From positions 9,827 through 73,826 of the forward strand of contig JAJZGD010000001.1 of NCBI GenBank assembly GCA_021804985.1: DNA of 64,000 bases, read 5' to 3'. The notes beneath the pieces were generated by a model. The model was not told the DNA's origin. It ran no database searches and worked only from the letters and a program-made list of their open reading frames with translations. The stretch is from Planctomycetota bacterium (GTDB taxonomy: Bacteria > Planctomycetota > Phycisphaerae > WQYP01). The position numbers and the translations under genes are program-made. Below are positions 60,345 to 64,000 of this stretch, piece by piece; within the stretch, counting starts at the first letter, position 1; each line of letters opens with the position of its first letter.

Positions 60345-62888
60345 ATGCACTATCCGATGGTAGGATTGCCCCTAGCGGCGCTGACCTTCACCGATCCCCT
60401 GCTGCTTGTGGGATTTCTCGCGGCGGCCATCCCCGTATTTTTGCATCTGCTTAACCGGGTTCGCTCGCCGATTGTCCAGTTTCCCACGCTCCGCTTCCTG
60501 CGTATTACGGCGCAGAAGACATCGCGCAAAAGACAAATTCAGCAATTTGTCCTTTTGCTGATGCGCATGGCGGTCTTTGCGTTGATCGCCATGGCGATTG
60601 CGGGGCCTCTGGTACACGGCGGAACGCCGGGGCTGGCCTATGGAATGATCGTCGTGCTGCTGCTGGGGCTGGGGGCCGTGGCGCTGGCGATCGTCATGCT
60701 GCTCAATCATCTGGAAAGCTTTAAAGCCGGCGCGGGGCAGGTCGCGGAATCATCAACAATTCCGACGCCAAAAATCGCCGGGCAACGCCCACATGGCAAT
60801 CGATTTCCCGTCGCCCTGGTGGGCCTGCTCGGCTTAGGGATCGTTGCGCTTTTGGCCGCTCTTTTGGGCCTTACCACCAACACCTTTTTCCCCGCTTCCG
60901 CAGTACATTTTGATGGTGAAAATGCGGCCGTGGTTATCATTCTTGATAATTCGCAATCCATGCTGATGCGCGCCGGACCATCCACACGCCTTTCAGAAAG
61001 CACTACCTTGGTGCGGCACTTGCTGCTTCATACGCTGCACCCGGCCCAAATGGCGGTTCTTCTAACCAACCCCGGCGACATGCCCGTGCCTGAGAATCTC
61101 AGCGCCAACCGCCTTGCGGTGGTTGGTCGGCTGGCGCACATTTCCAGCGACGGGCGAGCGCTGCCGATGGCGCTGTTAGTCACGCGCGCCACGCACATGC
61201 TCGCGCAATCGACGCTTCCGCAGAAGGTACTGGTGCTGGTGTCCGACTTCGCCGGGCCGGCCGCTTCGGATAGCGATATGTTTGCGGCGCTAAAGAAAAT
61301 TCCCGGGATTCAGCTGGTACTGATGCCGCAAGCCACTGGCAACCTTCCGGATGATGTGGCCATTGCATCTTTTCATGTGGTGCACGGGCAGGCCGTCGTG
61401 GGCAGCAACGTTATGTTTCAGGCGCGGGTGGTCAATAATGGCCAGACGGCGGTCGTGCCACGATTTGAACTCAGACTTGATGGCCACCCGATTGCGGACA
61501 GCCAGACCAAAATTCCCCTCGGCCCTGCGGGAACGCGGGATGCCAAGGGGCATGTGAAGTTGCGCTGTCAGCTTACCGCCGCCGGCTCTCACGTGATCGC
61601 CATTCACGAACTTACACCCAGTGGTGCGATGCCTTGGGCCGACCATCGCCGCCTCGTGCTGAAAGTGGCGGATCAGGTAAAGGCGCTCGTGGTTGGTAAT
61701 GCGACCGCACCACCACCGGGGTCCACGGCATTTTATGTTGACGCGGCGCTGTCGCCTTTTACCGGCGGCGGATCAGCAGCCTCCGGCAGGCCATGGAGTA
61801 TTAAGCCCCGGAACATAACGCTGCGGGATCTGACCATGACATCTCTGACTCCATTTGGCGCGATATTTTTCTGCGACGTGCCGCGGCTTTCCGTTCGGCA
61901 GGCGCAGCGCGTGGCGCGGTTTGTGCACGCAGGCGGCCGCGTCTGCTGGATGCTTGGGCCGCGCGTCGATCCGGCAAGCTACAATTCCATTTTAATGACC
62001 AAAAATGGCCTGCTTCCCGGTGCGATCATCGGACCCATTGCCAGTATTCGCGGTAGTGCCGTTGATCATGTGGATACGAAAAGCTATCTGTGCGGAAATC
62101 TGTTTCAATCTCAACGGCCATTTGAACGCATCATCGTGGCCAATCGTTGGGGACTTTCACCCGATGCGCCCATGGTAGGCCGAGCGGTTTGTGCGCTGGC
62201 CAATGCGGCTCCGCTTATCGTTGATCAGGCCGCGGGAAAAGGGCGGATTTATACTTTTTTTTCCGGCCCCGCCGGCGGATGGTCAAATATCGCTACCACT
62301 TCGGCTTTTTTACCCATGATGGTTCGCATCGCATTGGGGAATGCCGCCGGTATCGCCAGGTTGGGCAGTTACCAACCCGCGGCGGCCATCGATCTGCCGC
62401 TCCCTTCAACATTGGCGCCCATGTCGGCGGACGTTACTGTGCCGGGGAGCGCGGTACCGATTAACGTTAAGCCCGTGCGCCGCGGCAGCCACCGATGGCG
62501 CTGGGTATTTACAAATACCCATAGAAGCGGCGTGTACCATTGGACGAGTTTCAATCAAAAATACAGTGGAATGTTCGTGGTTAATCCGCCTGGTTCCGAA
62601 GCGGATCTTCACAGCACCTCGGCGCATGTTCTGGCGAAACTTGCGAAAGTTAAGCATCCGGTACTCATCGCGACGACGGCGAGCGGCCTGCTGGCTGTTA
62701 TCAAGAAGAGCAATGCAGGTTCTTCGCTGATGCCGGGCATTTTGGCATTGGTCGCGATTTTGGCCGTGCTTGAGGCGCTGGCCGCTAACCGGTCGCGCCC
62801 GGCGAAACTACCGACAGTCGCCGATTCAGGGCCGCCCCGCGCAGATCATGCGGACGAGACTGCGGCCGCATTGCAAACGCTGTCGTGA
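60345..62888 (+). CDS. BatA-like membrane protein with N-terminal double-TM domain and von Willebrand factor A domain
   Basis: N-terminal LLLVGFLAAAIPVFLHLLNRVRSPIVQFPTLRFL (aerotolerance BatA-type), MIDAS DNSQSM, C-terminal TM anchor. Confidence 0.6.
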   Translation: MHYPMVGLPLAALTFTDPLLLVGFLAAAIPVFLHLLNRVRSPIVQFPTLRFLRITAQKTSRKRQIQQFVLLLMRMAVFALIAMAIAGPLVHGGTPGLAYGMIVVLLLGLGAVALAIVMLLNHLESFKAGAGQVAESSTIPTPKIAGQRPHGNRFPVALVGLLGLGIVALLAALLGLTTNTFFPASAVHFDGENAAVVIILDNSQSMLMRAGPSTRLSESTTLVRHLLLHTLHPAQMAVLLTNPGDMPVPENLSANRLAVVGRLAHISSDGRALPMALLVTRATHMLAQSTLPQKVLVLVSDFAGPAASDSDMFAALKKIPGIQLVLMPQATGNLPDDVAIASFHVVHGQAVVGSNVMFQARVVNNGQTAVVPRFELRLDGHPIADSQTKIPLGPAGTRDAKGHVKLRCQLTAAGSHVIAIHELTPSGAMPWADHRRLVLKVADQVKALVVGNATAPPPGSTAFYVDAALSPFTGGGSAASGRPWSIKPRNITLRDLTMTSLTPFGAIFFCDVPRLSVRQAQRVARFVHAGGRVCWMLGPRVDPASYNSILMTKNGLLPGAIIGPIASIRGSAVDHVDTKSYLCGNLFQSQRPFERIIVANRWGLSPDAPMVGRAVCALANAAPLIVDQAAGKGRIYTFFSGPAGGWSNIATTSAFLPMMVRIALGNAAGIARLGSYQPAAAIDLPLPSTLAPMSADVTVPGSAVPINVKPVRRGSHRWRWVFTNTHRSGVYHWTSFNQKYSGMFVVNPPGSEADLHSTSAHVLAKLAKVKHPVLIATTASGLLAVIKKSNAGSSLMPGILALVAILAVLEALAANRSRPAKLPTVADSGPPRADHADETAAALQTLS

Positions 62889-62912
62889 GGTTGTCATAAA
62901 ACACAAGGCTCA

Positions 62913-63794
62913 ATGATGCACAAGCCCAAACCCGCAATAAAAGCCCAACCTCATAAAAGCCCCGGTGCCGATACCGGCTGGCACCAATCGTCCAGCTGGT
63001 ACGACGAGCGGGTGGGTGAACAAGGCCATTTCCATCATGTACGAACGATCATTCCCGGCCTCAAGCGAATGCTGGCACTTAAGCCCGGGCAACGATTGTT
63101 GGATGTGGGATGCGGGCAAGGCGTCGTGTGCAGGGCGTTTGCCGAGGATGGCATTGATTGCACGGGCATCGATGTGGCGGCTGAGCTTATCACAATCGCT
63201 AAAACTCGTGCCGGGGCGGCGACCGATCAGCGGTACCTTATTCTTGATGCGCGAAAGCTTTCGGCCGCGGCTGAAGTTTCTGCCGAAGGTTTTGATGCCG
63301 CCTGCTGCGTTTTGGCAATCACCAACATGACCCCCCTGACGCCGATTTGGCAGGGAATATGGAGCAGGCTCAAGCCGGGCGGAAACCTGGCTGTGGTACT
63401 TGTGCACCCCTGCTTTCGGATACCGCGCAAGAGCGACTGGCTGCTTGATCCCGCAGCGCCAGCACAGCAGCGCGTGATCCGGCAGTATCTGACGAGTGAA
63501 AAAATTCCCATCGATATGCATCCCGGCGATGCGGCAGGCGAGGTGACGTATTCATTTCACCGCCCCATCCAAGCGTATGTCAACACCATGGCGTCGGCCG
63601 GTTTGCTGGTGGATCATATGGAGGAATGGATAAGTGAAAAGCGCCCCCCCGCCGGCAGGCTCGCTGAGGTGATGGAAAAGGCGCGGCGGGAAATCCCACT
63701 CTTTATGGCCCTTCGGGCGCGAAAAGTCCCCCCGCTCGCGCAGGCGAATCGGCACACGGGGCCGCGCGGCCACAAGACGAGCGAGCCTGAGTAA
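62913..63794 (+). CDS. class I SAM-dependent methyltransferase
   Basis: motif I LLDVGCGQGVV and post-I acidic residue (FAEDG). Confidence 0.7.
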   Translation: MMHKPKPAIKAQPHKSPGADTGWHQSSSWYDERVGEQGHFHHVRTIIPGLKRMLALKPGQRLLDVGCGQGVVCRAFAEDGIDCTGIDVAAELITIAKTRAGAATDQRYLILDARKLSAAAEVSAEGFDAACCVLAITNMTPLTPIWQGIWSRLKPGGNLAVVLVHPCFRIPRKSDWLLDPAAPAQQRVIRQYLTSEKIPIDMHPGDAAGEVTYSFHRPIQAYVNTMASAGLLVDHMEEWISEKRPPAGRLAEVMEKARREIPLFMALRARKVPPLAQANRHTGPRGHKTSEPE

Positions 63795-63812
63795 CCCCGC
63801 AGAACCGTCGCC

Positions 63813-64000
63813 TCAGGGATAATCCTGCCCGGCCGGTCGGATAACCATATCGTTGATCAGCACATATGGCGGCCGGGTGACGATAAACGCGATCGCCTCG
63901 GCGACATCTTCTGGTTTGAGCAGCGCACCGTATTTTTCAATCGTCTTATAGAAATTCTCCCGATCGTATCCGGCGACCATCTGAAATTCGGATTCCACAA
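63813..64000 (-). CDS. short-chain dehydrogenase/reductase, C-terminal fragment (gene continues beyond window end)
   Basis: SDR C-terminal pattern PEDVAEAIAFIVTRPPYVLINDMVIRP; N-terminus lies outside the window. Confidence 0.5.
   Translation of the reverse strand, partial: VESEFQMVAGYDRENFYKTIEKYGALLKPEDVAEAIAFIVTRPPYVLINDMVIRPAGQDYP

Noticed and set aside
1-64000. Search for CRISPR arrays, rRNA, tRNA genes, IS elements or integrases
   Set aside because: No regularly spaced repeats, no rRNA-like stretches, no T-arm GGTTCGANTCC consensus found in intergenic regions, no transposase/integrase-like ORF; the only accessory-looking block (RM cassette) has no flanking mobility gene in the window

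Overview
A 64 kb chromosomal segment at roughly 58-60% GC, densely coding on both strands. It is very likely from a Planctomycete: it carries an H-X9-DG/DUF1559 prepilin-like protein and a DUF1570-like secreted protein, and most genes have long leaders without Shine-Dalgarno sequences. Most of the window is housekeeping: coaE, smc, queF-queE-queC, scpB, pckG, xseA-xseB, cdaA-cdaR, a cysteine desulfurase, dapB, murA, rpoD, proS, rpmB, gatC-gatA-gatB and rsmD. Three accessory blocks stand out:
- 10.8-12.7 kb: a compact Type II restriction-modification cassette. A small MerR/excisionase-like HTH gene sits 4 bp upstream of a beta-class DPPY DNA methyltransferase, which converges on and overlaps by 15 bp an unannotatable PD-(D/E)xK candidate nuclease.
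- 14.6-20.9 kb: a three-gene minus-strand operon. It has a LolA-like protein, a 1402-aa fusion (MMPL/RND exporter, extra TM, Ntn/C45 acyltransferase-like domain, TPR tail) and a PaaK/F390-synthetase-like adenylating ligase. I predict an acyl-activation, acyl-transfer and export module. This is the best candidate for an undescribed system.
- 21.0-28.0 kb: a transglutaminase(DUF2126) / circularly permuted ATP-grasp + alpha-E (fused) / small transglutaminase peptide-amidoligase cassette of unknown function.
Smaller points:
- An exact 17-bp direct repeat lies in the 44.5-44.9 kb divergent intergenic region.
- A lipoprotein gene is inserted between gatC and gatA.
- A DUF58 + BatA-like VWA pair has no MoxR ATPase beside it.
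- A large Trp-rich secreted beta-propeller protein is present.
No rRNA, tRNA, CRISPR array or transposase was recognised. All calls come from reading the sequence and ORF translations; no database searches were run.
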